A stretch of 64,000 nucleotides of DNA, taken from assembly GCA_034421515.1 (NCBI GenBank), contig DAOUKH010000003.1, forward strand, positions 29,691 through 93,690, written 5' to 3'. The position numbers and the translations under genes are program-made. The notes below the pieces were generated by a model, which made no database searches, was not told where the DNA came from, and worked only from the letters and a program-made list of their open reading frames with translations. The stretch's first letter is position 1; the number at the start of each line of letters is the position of its first letter. Positions 18,875 to 28,625 of this stretch are shown here, piece by piece. The stretch comes from Dehalococcoidia bacterium (lineage in GTDB: Bacteria > Chloroflexota > Dehalococcoidia > SHYB01).

Positions 18875-19123
18875 ATGTCACAGAAGGAAAAACGGCTGGC
18901 GAGGGCGAAGGAGAACCCGCAGGGATTCCGATTCGAGGAACTCCTACAGCTTTACAAGGATTGGGGATTCGTAGTCGAGCCAAGCGGGAGGGGAAGCCAC
19001 TACAAGGCACAGCTGCCGGGAACCCCCGTTAGGACTAGGGTTCTCACGCGCTCAAACCCCGTGAAAAGCATCTACGTGAAGCAGGCGGTAGAGGCCATTG
19101 AAGAGGCTCAGGCGCTGTCTTGA
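18875..19123 (+). CDS. hicA: type II toxin-antitoxin system HicA-family toxin
   Basis: 82 aa; MSQKEKRLARAKENPQGFRFEELLQLYKDWGFVVEPSGRGSHYK... Confidence 0.65.
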   Translation: MSQKEKRLARAKENPQGFRFEELLQLYKDWGFVVEPSGRGSHYKAQLPGTPVRTRVLTRSNPVKSIYVKQAVEAIEEAQALS

Positions 19124-19143
19124 GGCGGGAAGGACCTTCGACG

Positions 19144-19569
19144 ATGAGCGGTGATCTTGCGCATTACGCGGCACTGCGTTATCCGGTGCTCCTGACGCGG
19201 GTATCGGACAACGACGAGGATTACTGGGCGGCTGAGTTCCCAGACTTGCCGGGCTGCCTCGCGGATGGACGGACCCCAGACGAGGCCGTGGAGAACGCGG
19301 AGGCCGCCAAGGGCATCTGGATTGAAGCCGAGCTCGAAGCAGGACGAGCGGTCCCAGAACCGGCAGGCGACCGCGACTATAGCGGCCGGTTTGTCGTGCG
19401 GATTCCCCGCTCGCTCCATCGCCGCCTTGCCCTCACTGCACAGAGGGAAGGCGTGAGCTTGAATCAGCAGGTCGTGTCGAGACTCGCGGAAACGACCGCC
19501 GCTCCGGAATCTCCACGGAAGTCCGCTGCGCCGCGACGGTACCCAGGGAGAACGGCGAAGTCGGCGTAG
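19144..19569 (+). CDS. hicB: HicB-family antitoxin (UPF0150 N-domain plus C-terminal ribbon-helix-helix)
   Basis: YPVLLTRVSDNDEDYWAAEFPDLPGCLADGRTPDEAVENAEAA motif; C-terminal RIPRSLHRRLALTAQREGVSLNQQVVSRL. Confidence 0.7.
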   Translation: MSGDLAHYAALRYPVLLTRVSDNDEDYWAAEFPDLPGCLADGRTPDEAVENAEAAKGIWIEAELEAGRAVPEPAGDRDYSGRFVVRIPRSLHRRLALTAQREGVSLNQQVVSRLAETTAAPESPRKSAAPRRYPGRTAKSA

Positions 19570-19629
19570 CCGGGTCTCAGGCCGTACTGGCGGCCACTTT
19601 ACGCCCGCCCGCGTGGTATCCTGCGCGCC

Positions 19630-21315
19630 ATGCATGACCTGCTGATTCGCAACGCGCGGATCGTGGATGGGAGCGGCGGGCCGTCGCGGTATGGCGCCGT
19701 GGCCGTCTCCGATGGGCGCGTGACCGAGACCGGCGAGGGCAACGGGCTGGCGCGGCGCGTCATCGACGCCGAGGGGCTCGTCGTCGCGCCGGGTTTCATC
19801 GACATCCACACCCACTACGACGCGCAGCTTGCCTGGGACCCGCTCTGCACGCCGTCGTGCTACCACGGCACGACGAGCATCGTGATGAGCAACTGCGGCT
19901 ACGGCATGGCGCCGGTGCGCCCCGAGGACCGCGACTACACGATGGGGACGTTCAGCTGCGTCGAGGGCGTTTCCAAAGAGACGCTGATCAACGGGCTGCC
20001 CTGGGAGTGGGAGACGCTGCCGGAGTATCTGGCCTGGCTGGAGGAGCGCGGGCTGGGGATCAACGTCGCGGCGCAGGTGGGGCACTCGGCGGTGCGCCGC
20101 TGGGTGCTGGGGCCGGAGGCCCACGAGCGCGAGGCCACCCCCGACGAGATCGCGACGATGCGCGCCATGGTGCGCGACGGCATGGACGCCGGGGCCGTCG
20201 GCTTCACCACGTCGCGCGTCGCGCACCAGAAGGGCGAGTTCGGCGAGCCGATCCCCTCCTTCGCGGCGCACGAAGACGAGCTGTTCGAGCTCGCCGGCGT
20301 CCTCCGCGACCTCGGGCGGGGCATCATCGGGATCAATCCGCGGACGAAGTCGCTGGAGTTCGTCCAAGAGGACAAGGACCAGCTCTACCAGCTCGCGGCG
20401 CGGACGGGGCGGCCGGTCAACTGGAACGAGTTCAACCAGCGGGACATCTATCCCGGCCAGTGGCGGGTGCTCCTCGACTACATGGAGCACGCCCAACAGC
20501 TCGGGGCGATGGTCTACGCGGTGATGCGCTGCCAGCGCATGGACATGCACTTCAACCTGCGCGACACGCACGCGTTCAACCGATCGAAGCTGTGGCGCGA
20601 CTTCATGGCACGGTCGACGGAGACGAAGCTCCGCGACCTCGAAGACGGGGACTTCCGCCGCCGGCTGCTCGAAGAGATGCAGCCGCGCTTCTCGCAGGGC
20701 GGGGCCGGGTTCGAGCGCCTCGCCATCGCCATCGCGGCCACCGACCGCCACCGCGGGTTCGACGGCCGCCTGGTGCGGGACGTAGCGGCCGAGACCGGCG
20801 AGGACGCCGGCGAGCTCTTCTTCCGCATCGCCCGCGAGGAGCAGCTCGAGACCGAGTTCGCCTACCACGGCGTCACCAACGGCGACGACGACGCGGTGCG
20901 GGCGATGATCGAGAGCCCGGGGACGATCATCGGCATCTCCGACGCGGGCGCGCACCTCCACACCATGTCCGGCGTCGACTACCCGACGTACTTCCTGGGC
21001 CGCTGGATACGAGAGAAGCAGGCGATGTCCTTGGAAGCGGGCGTCGCGGCGCTCACCTCGGCGCCGGCCCGGTTAGCCGGACTCGAGGGGCGCGGCGTCA
21101 TCGAGCCAGGCGCCGCCGCCGACCTCTGCATCTTCGACCCCGACACCATCGGGCCGCGGTCCATGGAGATCTGGAACGACTTGCCGGGCGGCGAGGGGCG
21201 GCACGTGAAGCGGGCCGCCGGCGTGCGCGAGGTCATCGTCAACGGCGAGGCGCTGGTCCAAGACGGCGAGCCGACCGGGGAGCTGCCGGGCCGCGTGCTG
21301 CGTCACGGACGCTAG
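19630..21315 (+). CDS. N-acyl-D-amino-acid deacylase (D-aminoacylase) family amidohydrolase
   Basis: 561 aa; GFIDIHTHYD metal-binding motif and D-aminoacylase-like layout. Confidence 0.8.
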   Translation: MHDLLIRNARIVDGSGGPSRYGAVAVSDGRVTETGEGNGLARRVIDAEGLVVAPGFIDIHTHYDAQLAWDPLCTPSCYHGTTSIVMSNCGYGMAPVRPEDRDYTMGTFSCVEGVSKETLINGLPWEWETLPEYLAWLEERGLGINVAAQVGHSAVRRWVLGPEAHEREATPDEIATMRAMVRDGMDAGAVGFTTSRVAHQKGEFGEPIPSFAAHEDELFELAGVLRDLGRGIIGINPRTKSLEFVQEDKDQLYQLAARTGRPVNWNEFNQRDIYPGQWRVLLDYMEHAQQLGAMVYAVMRCQRMDMHFNLRDTHAFNRSKLWRDFMARSTETKLRDLEDGDFRRRLLEEMQPRFSQGGAGFERLAIAIAATDRHRGFDGRLVRDVAAETGEDAGELFFRIAREEQLETEFAYHGVTNGDDDAVRAMIESPGTIIGISDAGAHLHTMSGVDYPTYFLGRWIREKQAMSLEAGVAALTSAPARLAGLEGRGVIEPGAAADLCIFDPDTIGPRSMEIWNDLPGGEGRHVKRAAGVREVIVNGEALVQDGEPTGELPGRVLRHGR

Positions 21316-21322
21316 CGGGAAC

Positions 21323-22090
21323 ATGCGTCCCAACAAGCTCAAGCAGATGTGGCGCGACGGCCGGCCCGCCAACATGGGCTGGATGAGCACGGCGGACCCG
21401 CTCATGGCCGAGACGATGGCCTACGCCGGCTTCGACGCGGTGACCCTGGACATGCAGCACGGCATGGGCATCGGCCCCGACCGCGCCGCAACCTGGCTCC
21501 AGGCCATCAGCCAGACCGAGACCGTCCCCCTGGTTCGCGTGCCGTGGAACGATCCCAGCTATATGCAGTGGGTGCTCGACGCCGGAGCCTACGGGGTCAT
21601 CGTGCCGCTGATCAGTACGCGCGAGCAGGCGGAGCGCGCCGGCGGGGCCTGCCGCTATCCGCCCATCGGCTACCGCAGCGTCGGACCCAACCGGGCGCGC
21701 ACCTACGCGGGCAACGACTACATCGAGAAGGCGAACGACGAGATCGTCTGCCTGGTGATGATCGAGCACATCGACACCATCGGGCGGCTCGACGACCTCG
21801 CCCAAGCGCCGGGCATCGACGGCTTCTACATCGGCCCGATGGACCTGGCCCAGACGATGGGCCTCGCCAACCCGGGCCGCTACGCCGACTCGAAGGAGCA
21901 CGCCGACGCCTGCCAGGCCGTCCTCGACGCCGCCAACCGCGCCGGCCTCGTCGCCGGCGTCCACTGCGGCGGCCCCGAGGAAGCCCTCGAACGCTTCGAG
22001 CAGGGCTTCCGCCTCTGCCCCATCCTCTCCGACACCCGCGCCGTCGGCTCGGCAGCCTCCGCCGCCCTCAAAGCCATCGGCCAGCGGTAG
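21323..22090 (+). CDS. HpcH/HpaI-family 2-keto-3-deoxy-acid aldolase
   Basis: 255 aa; class II aldolase (HpcH/HpaI) pattern with divalent-metal ligands (IEH..., D in FYIGPMDL). Confidence 0.75.
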   Translation: MRPNKLKQMWRDGRPANMGWMSTADPLMAETMAYAGFDAVTLDMQHGMGIGPDRAATWLQAISQTETVPLVRVPWNDPSYMQWVLDAGAYGVIVPLISTREQAERAGGACRYPPIGYRSVGPNRARTYAGNDYIEKANDEIVCLVMIEHIDTIGRLDDLAQAPGIDGFYIGPMDLAQTMGLANPGRYADSKEHADACQAVLDAANRAGLVAGVHCGGPEEALERFEQGFRLCPILSDTRAVGSAASAALKAIGQR

Positions 22091-22232
22091 GACGGCGGCT
22101 ATGGAACGTCTGCCTTCGGAGCTGGATGTTCCAGGGAGGAGTCCTCTGCGATAGCGTGGAAGGGTTGTACTTGCCTTTAGACATAGTCTATATTGGACTA
22201 TATCGGCTTGTGCGAAGAGAGGAAGGTAGACG

Positions 22233-22511
22233 GTGGCCTTACCGAAACCCAGCCGGGTTTGGACCGTGGCCGAGGCCAAGGCGCGGCTATCGGAGATCTT
22301 ACGCCTCGCCGAAGAGGAGGGCCCGCAGCGCATCGGCGCGCGTAAGTCCTTTGTGGTCGTTCCCGAGCACGTTTGGGAGTCTCAAACGCCTTCCCGGAAA
22401 CCCTTGGGCCAGTGGCTAATCGAAAACGTGCCGCGGGGTACAAACCTCGAAGTACCAGACCGGAGTTCCAACCGAGAGATTCCGTTCGTCCACGACGAAG
22501 ATGACGGATGA
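22233..22511 (+). CDS. type II antitoxin, Phd/YefM-like (VapB partner)
   Basis: VWTVAEAKARLSEIL... motif; overlaps the downstream PIN toxin gene by 4 nt. Confidence 0.6.
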   Translation: MALPKPSRVWTVAEAKARLSEILRLAEEEGPQRIGARKSFVVVPEHVWESQTPSRKPLGQWLIENVPRGTNLEVPDRSSNREIPFVHDEDDG

Positions 22512-22927
22512 GTGGCTGTCTGTTGGACACCAATGTGGTCTCGGAGTTGACAAGGGATGCTCCGGACCCACGCGTCCTGGCATTCCTGGCGGACCGGGAA
22601 GATGTATGGCTGTCGTCTGTTCTCGTCCATGAGACGGAATACGGCATACGGCTACTTCCCAGGGGAAGGCGGCGTGACCGGCTGGCTGCGATGCAGGCAG
22701 GGATCCTGTCCATCTATGCCCATCGCATACTGCCTTTAGACAGAACCAGCGCGGAGTGGGCAGCCGAATTCCGTGCCAACGCGCGGCTGTCCGGGCGTGT
22801 CGTTGAGCTTGGAGACGTGCTGATAGCCGGAATAGCCAAGGCCCATGACCTCACCGTGGCCACCCGCAATAGAGTCGATTTCGAGCCCCTTAACGTCGAT
22901 GTCGTCAACCCCTGGGAATTCTCCTAA
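22508..22927 (+). CDS. vapC: VapC PIN-domain toxin
   Basis: LLDTNVVSEL N-terminus and acidic PIN residues. Confidence 0.8.
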   Translation: MSGCLLDTNVVSELTRDAPDPRVLAFLADREDVWLSSVLVHETEYGIRLLPRGRRRDRLAAMQAGILSIYAHRILPLDRTSAEWAAEFRANARLSGRVVELGDVLIAGIAKAHDLTVATRNRVDFEPLNVDVVNPWEFS

Positions 22928-23003
22928 CCGACAGCCAGCCCCTGGGCCGTTGCTATAATGGCCGGTGCGGGCGTGGCCGGCGGCGGGCGCTCCCGCGCTG
23001 TCT

Positions 23004-24773
23004 ATGGGTACCTGGCTCCGAATCCTTGGCTATCTGCGCCCTTACCGTAAGAGCGTCGCCGCCGCCTATGTAGCCCTGATCGGGGCCACGGCCCTCTTTC
23101 TCGCGCTGCCCTTCCTCATCGGCGAGTCGATCGACCGGATCGTCGAGTCCGACGACCGCGTCACGCTCGTGATCATCGGGGCGTTGCTGCTGGGCGTGGC
23201 GGCGCTGCGCGGGGTCTTCTCCTACTTCGAGACGTACCTGCGGGAGAAGCTGGCGCAGCTCGTCGCCTACGACATGCGCAACCAGATCTTCGCGCACCTC
23301 CAACGTCTGAGCTTCGCCTACCACGACCGGCAGCAAACGGGGCAGCTGATGTCCCGCGCCACGGCGGACGTCGAGGCCATCCGGTGGTTCATCAACCTCG
23401 GCGTGCTGCGGATGTCCTACCTGGCGCTGCTCGTCATCGGCGTCTCCGCCCTGCTGCTCACCATCGACTGGCAGCTCGCCCTCATGAGCCTGAGCTTCGT
23501 GCCGTTCATCATGGTGCGCGGGTGGAGCATCAGCCGGACGCTGCGGGGCATCTGGACGCGCGCGCAGGAGTACATGGGCGAGCTCGGCATGCTGCTCCAA
23601 GAGAGCCTGAGCGGGGTGAAGGTGGTGAAGGTCTTCACCGCCGAGGGGCGCGAAGAGGCGAAGTTCGCCGGCAAGGCGCGCGAGCTCTACGACGAGAACC
23701 TCGCTGCGGTCCGGGTGCAGGCGACGAACACGCCGGTGCTGGTCTTCACCTTCGCCGCCCTCACCGTCTTCATTCTCTGGTTCGGGGGGCACCGCGTCAT
23801 CGACGGCGGGATGACGCCGGGCGACCTGACCAAGTTCATCTTGTACATGGCCATGCTGCAGATGCCGGTGCGGATGAGCGGCTTCTTGCTCAACCTGCAA
23901 TCGCGAGCGGTCTCGTCCGGTGAGCGCATCTTCGAAATCCTCGACGCCGACTCGCCGGTGCAGGACCGGCCCGGCGCGATCGAGCTCAACGGCGCGCGCG
24001 GGCAGGTCGTGATGGACCGGGTGGCGTTCGGCTACTCGGCGGCGAGCCCGGTGCTGGAAGAGATCAGCTTCACGGCGGAGCCGGGCGAGGTCGTCGCGCT
24101 GCTGGGCAAGACCGGCAGCGGCAAGAGCACCATCGTCCACCTGGTCCCGCGCTTCTACGACGCGACCGCCGGCGCGGTCACCATCGACGGGCAGGACGTG
24201 CGCGACCTGACCCTGGAGTCGCTGCGGCGCAGCATCGGCATCGTGCAGCAGGACGTCTTCCTGTTCACCGACACCATCGAGGCGAACATCGCCTACGGCG
24301 TCCCCGGGGCCGACCGGGAGCGGGTGGAATGGGCGGCGAAGATCGCCAACATCCACGACTTCATCCTGAGTCTGCCCCACGGCTACGACACGTGGGTCGG
24401 CGAGCGCGGCATCACGCTGTCCGGAGGCCAGAAGCAGCGGATCGCCATCGCGCGGACGCTGCTCATCGACCCCCGCATCCTCATCCTTGACGACTCGACG
24501 TCGAGCGTCGACACGCGCACCGAGTTCGAGATCCGCCGCGCCCTTGAGCACCTCATCGAGGGGCGGACGACGTTCGTCATCGCGCAGCGCCTCTCGACGG
24601 TGAAGAGCGCCGACCAGATTCTGGTGCTCGACCGGGGACGCATCGTGCAGCGGGGGCGGCACGAGGAGCTGCTCGAAGACGTGGACGGCATCTACCGCGA
24701 GATCTACGACATGCAGCTGCGGGCCCAGGAAGAAGCGGGGCGGCCGGCGGCGGCCGGGGAGGCGGCGACGTAA
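23004..24773 (+). CDS. ABC transporter permease/ATP-binding protein (exporter type)
   Basis: Six-TM domain plus NBD with Walker A GKTGSGKST, signature LSGGQKQR, Walker B ILILDD. Confidence 0.85.
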   Translation: MGTWLRILGYLRPYRKSVAAAYVALIGATALFLALPFLIGESIDRIVESDDRVTLVIIGALLLGVAALRGVFSYFETYLREKLAQLVAYDMRNQIFAHLQRLSFAYHDRQQTGQLMSRATADVEAIRWFINLGVLRMSYLALLVIGVSALLLTIDWQLALMSLSFVPFIMVRGWSISRTLRGIWTRAQEYMGELGMLLQESLSGVKVVKVFTAEGREEAKFAGKARELYDENLAAVRVQATNTPVLVFTFAALTVFILWFGGHRVIDGGMTPGDLTKFILYMAMLQMPVRMSGFLLNLQSRAVSSGERIFEILDADSPVQDRPGAIELNGARGQVVMDRVAFGYSAASPVLEEISFTAEPGEVVALLGKTGSGKSTIVHLVPRFYDATAGAVTIDGQDVRDLTLESLRRSIGIVQQDVFLFTDTIEANIAYGVPGADRERVEWAAKIANIHDFILSLPHGYDTWVGERGITLSGGQKQRIAIARTLLIDPRILILDDSTSSVDTRTEFEIRRALEHLIEGRTTFVIAQRLSTVKSADQILVLDRGRIVQRGRHEELLEDVDGIYREIYDMQLRAQEEAGRPAAAGEAAT

Positions 24774-26614
24774 TGCGCGGCGGGACCGGCGGAGGCATTT
24801 CCGCGATGCGGCAGGCGGTCGGCTCGAGCCGGCTGGCCGACGACGAAGAGATCCTCACTAAGCCGTTCGATAACCGGGTCATTGCGCGGCTGTTCAGGTA
24901 CGTCCGGCCGTACAAGGGGATGGCGATCATCGCCGCCGTGACGATGCTGCTCTACACCGCGGCGCTCGTCGCCGCGCCGTGGCTGGTGGCCATCGGCATC
25001 GAGCAAATCCAAGACGGCGACGGCGGCGGGCTAAACCGCACCGTCATCATCTTCATCTCCGTCGCGCTCGGCGGCTGGGCGGCGCAGTACATCCACCTGC
25101 GGGCCATGGCGCGGGTGACCCAGGGCATCCTCTTCACCCTGCGCGACGATATGTTCCGCCACCTCCACCGCCTCTCGATGAAGTTCCACGACCGGAACGA
25201 GATCGGCCGCGTCATGTCCCGCGTCCAGAACGACATTCTCAACCTGCAGGAGTTCCTCTCCACCGCCATCCTCGGAATCGCCGACGTCCTGGCGCTGGGC
25301 GGAATCCTCGTCGCCATGTTCCTCATGGAGCCCAGGCTGGCGGCGGCGACGCTCTCTGTCGTCCCCGTGCTCTTCATCGGGCTTTACTTCTGGCAGGCCC
25401 ACGCCCGCATGGCCTTCATACGGGTGCGGCAGGCCATCGCGCTGGTGAACGCCGACCTGCAGGAAAGCATCTCCGGCGTCCGGGTGGTGCAGAGCCTCAA
25501 CCGGCAGGACCGCAACTTCTCCAACTTCGACGACCTGAACGAGGCCCACCTCCAGCGGAACCTGGAGGCCGGGCGCCTCTCCGCGCTCATCTTGCCCAAG
25601 GTCGAGACGCTGATGGCGACGGCGCTTACCATCGTCGTGATCTTCGGGGGAAACCTCGTGCTCGGCGGCACGCTCGAAGTGGCCGTGCTGGTGGCCTTCG
25701 CGCTCTACATCCAGCGCTTCTTCGATCCCATCCGCAACCTGACGATGCAGTACACCGAGATGCAGCGCGCCATGGCGTCGGGGGTGCGCATCTTTGAGGT
25801 GCTCGACACCAAGGCCGACATCGTCGACGCGCCGGACGCGGTCGACCTCACCGACGTCAAGGGCGAGATCACCTTCGTGCGCGTCAGTCACCACTACACC
25901 CCCGACGTCCAGGTGCTGCACGACATCAACCTGCGCGTGCGGCCCGGCGAGACCGTCGCCCTCGTGGGCCAGACCGGCGCGGGGAAGACGACGATCACGT
26001 CGCTGATCGCTCGGCTCTACGACATCTCCGGCGGCACCATCCTGGTCGACGGCCACGACGTGCGGTCGGTGACGGCATCGTCGCTGCGGGCACGGATGAG
26101 CATGGTGCTGCAGGACCCGTTCCTGTTTTCGATGTCGGTGCGCGACAACATCCGCTACGGTCGGCCCGAGGCGACGGACGAGGAGATCGAACGCGCGGCG
26201 CGGCTCGTCGGCGCCCACGACTTCATCACCGGGCTGGAGCGCGGCTACGACACGGTGCTGCAGGAGAGGGGCGGCAACCTGAGCGTGGGGCAGCGGCAGC
26301 TCGTCAGCTACGCCCGCGCCATCGTCCGCGACCCCGCCATCCTGATCCTCGACGAGGCCACGGCGAACATCGACACGCAGACCGAGGTGCTGATCCAGAA
26401 CGCCCTCGCCCAGCTGCTCAAGGGGCGCACGTCGGTCGTCATCGCGCACCGCCTCTCAACCATCCGCAACGCCGACCAGATCGTCGTGCTGGAGGGCGGG
26501 CGCATCGTCGAGTCCGGCCCGCACGAGGAGCTGATGGCGCAGGGCGGCGTCTACCACCGCCTCTACACGATGAACTACCAGCTCGAATCCAACGGCGGCG
26601 CCCGCGTGGACTAG
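24773..26614 (+). CDS. ABC transporter permease/ATP-binding protein (exporter type), heterodimer partner
   Basis: Walker A GQTGAGKTT, LSVGQRQL, ILILDE; its start overlaps the upstream stop (TAATG). Confidence 0.85.
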   Translation: MRGGTGGGISAMRQAVGSSRLADDEEILTKPFDNRVIARLFRYVRPYKGMAIIAAVTMLLYTAALVAAPWLVAIGIEQIQDGDGGGLNRTVIIFISVALGGWAAQYIHLRAMARVTQGILFTLRDDMFRHLHRLSMKFHDRNEIGRVMSRVQNDILNLQEFLSTAILGIADVLALGGILVAMFLMEPRLAAATLSVVPVLFIGLYFWQAHARMAFIRVRQAIALVNADLQESISGVRVVQSLNRQDRNFSNFDDLNEAHLQRNLEAGRLSALILPKVETLMATALTIVVIFGGNLVLGGTLEVAVLVAFALYIQRFFDPIRNLTMQYTEMQRAMASGVRIFEVLDTKADIVDAPDAVDLTDVKGEITFVRVSHHYTPDVQVLHDINLRVRPGETVALVGQTGAGKTTITSLIARLYDISGGTILVDGHDVRSVTASSLRARMSMVLQDPFLFSMSVRDNIRYGRPEATDEEIERAARLVGAHDFITGLERGYDTVLQERGGNLSVGQRQLVSYARAIVRDPAILILDEATANIDTQTEVLIQNALAQLLKGRTSVVIAHRLSTIRNADQIVVLEGGRIVESGPHEELMAQGGVYHRLYTMNYQLESNGGARVD

Positions 26615-26633
26615 CGGCGGGCGCCCGGGGTTC

Positions 26634-27272
26634 CTACCACCGCTCCGGCTTGGTTATCACGCCCTGCCCATCCTTGACCGACAAGGGAAGTTGGCTGCGC
26701 CGCAGATGGCTCTTCCACAGCCGTTTGACGCGCGTCACTGCCTTCTGCAAGTCCTTTGGCGTGTTGGCCTTCCGGTCGGGGTTGACCACGACGATGGGCA
26801 GGCACAGCCCATCCCGAACGTACCGTATCGGAGCTGCGAGGTCGGCATCGTTCGTCACCACGATGGCCTGTTCGTAGACCCCGGTGAAGCCATCGACGAG
26901 CAGGCGCGTCGCTAGGTTCACGTCCGACCCCTTCTCCTGAGAGTCGAGCACATCGACGTATGCCGGCAGTCCCGGTACCGGCTTGGCGAGCGGGCGCGTC
27001 TTCGTCTGTGCCTGAAATCGGCCGAAGTGCGCCTCGAAGCCCGGAAGCGTCCGCAAGGCTCTGAGATACAAGATCTGTCGTCGCGGTTGATAGGGGTCGC
27101 CGGGGCGCGCAGCCAGGAGCGCGGTGAAGTAGCATATCCGATTGATCGTGTCGTTGGGGAAGAGGACCTCGGCCAGCTTGCGCAAGTCCAGCCACTTGAA
27201 CTCGGTCCCCTTCACGGCACGGTTATACAGATTGAACCCGTCGACGTAGAAGTTGGATATCAACAACGCCAC
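26634..27272 (-). CDS. NYN-domain (LabA-like) protein
   Basis: 212 aa; N-terminal acidic NYN/PIN-like residues (FYVDGFNLY...VVTNDAD). Confidence 0.65.
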   Translation of the reverse strand: MALLISNFYVDGFNLYNRAVKGTEFKWLDLRKLAEVLFPNDTINRICYFTALLAARPGDPYQPRRQILYLRALRTLPGFEAHFGRFQAQTKTRPLAKPVPGLPAYVDVLDSQEKGSDVNLATRLLVDGFTGVYEQAIVVTNDADLAAPIRYVRDGLCLPIVVVNPDRKANTPKDLQKAVTRVKRLWKSHLRRSQLPLSVKDGQGVITKPERW

Positions 27273-27392
27273 CCCTTACAAAGACAGAGACCGCCCGGAG
27301 GCGGTCTCGACCCTACCGTCGAAGGGGTAGGGGGGGATGGCTTGACTATAGGAGCTTGGCCTTGTCGTGTCAACACCAACGTGTCAGCCACC

Positions 27393-28460
27393 CTAGGCCC
27401 GGTCGGCGATGAGCCAGTAGGCATTGGGCATGCCCTCGCTCACCTCGGGCTTGCCGAAGCCGGCGTCGGCGAGCATGCGCTCGTAGTCTTCGCGGCGGCG
27501 GCACTCGCCGCCGGCCGTGCCCATCAGCAGCCCGAGCGAGTACGCCGTCGCGAACCAGCCGCGGCCGTCCATCAGCGGGTCGTCGAGGAGGAAGGCATGG
27601 ACGGCGACCCGCCCGTCGTATGCGAGCACGCCGCGCACCCGCCGCAGCAGCTCCGTCGCCCGCTCCACGGAAAACAGGTCGAGCACCATGCTGACGATGG
27701 CGAGGTCGTAGGGGCCGCCGAGCTCGATCTCGAAGGCGTCGCCGGGCAGGTAGACGACGCGGTCCGCGACATCGAGGCGGTCCGCCTCCTTCTTCGCCTC
27801 CTCCAGCACCGCCGCGCCGTCGTTGGCCCACACCTTGGCCCCGGGGTGGGCCCGCGCCATGTAGAACCCGTAGGAGCCGCCGCCGCACCCCGCATCGAGA
27901 ACGTGAAGCCGCTCCCGGTCGCGGGCCCACTCGCCGATGACGCCGAGGAGCGACTTGGCCGCGGGGCCGGCGAAGAGCAGACTCGCCCCGGCCTGGAGGA
28001 CCCACTCGTCGGTGTCTGAGTTGTCTTCGAGTTCGCCGTCGATGGGGCCGCCGGTGCGAATCCCGTCAGCGAGTCGTCCCAGGCGGTCCCATAGACGGTC
28101 GCCGGCGAAGATGCGCCGGACCCCGCCAACGTAGCCCGGTCTGCCGCTCACGAGGTGGGCCTGCGCCGACGGCGTCAGCCGGTACGTTCCATCCTCGACA
28201 ATCAGCGTCTGCAGAGCGACGAGGCCTTCAAGGAGGAGCCGGGTGGCGCGCAGGTCGGTGCCCGCTGCGGCGGCGATGGTAGTGGCGTCGGCTTGGCCTT
28301 TGGCCATGTGGTCGAAGATGCGCAGCTCGAGTCCGGCGCGCAAAACGGCGGTCCGCATGAAGGCGAGCGACATGGCGACGTAGTGCTCGGCGCGCTGCGG
28401 CTTGGCGAAGAGCTCGCGTTGGAGCGCGTCGTCGTTCGCGTCTCTTTCAGGCGGAGGCAT
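27393..28460 (-). CDS. class I SAM-dependent O-methyltransferase
   Basis: 355 aa; N-terminal dimerisation/winged-helix region and [13 protein letters not shown] motif; the rest of the 857-aa ORF in this frame is antisense shadow of the mutase gene. Confidence 0.75.
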   Translation of the reverse strand: MPPPERDANDDALQRELFAKPQRAEHYVAMSLAFMRTAVLRAGLELRIFDHMAKGQADATTIAAAAGTDLRATRLLLEGLVALQTLIVEDGTYRLTPSAQAHLVSGRPGYVGGVRRIFAGDRLWDRLGRLADGIRTGGPIDGELEDNSDTDEWVLQAGASLLFAGPAAKSLLGVIGEWARDRERLHVLDAGCGGGSYGFYMARAHPGAKVWANDGAAVLEEAKKEADRLDVADRVVYLPGDAFEIELGGPYDLAIVSMVLDLFSVERATELLRRVRGVLAYDGRVAVHAFLLDDPLMDGRGWFATAYSLGLLMGTAGGECRRREDYERMLADAGFGKPEVSEGMPNAYWLIADRA

Positions 28461-28625
28461 GGCGTCCAGCCTATGAGCGCGCCCCGCGTTCCGCAAGGGC
28501 GGTACCCCTCCGCCCGTTTGAACCGTTGGAGGCGATTGGGTAGACTGAAGGGCGGCGCCGCAACAGAAGCGCCGAACGCTTCGCGACGCCGGCAGGGCGG
28601 CCCGCGCGGCGTTGGAGGTGGCCCC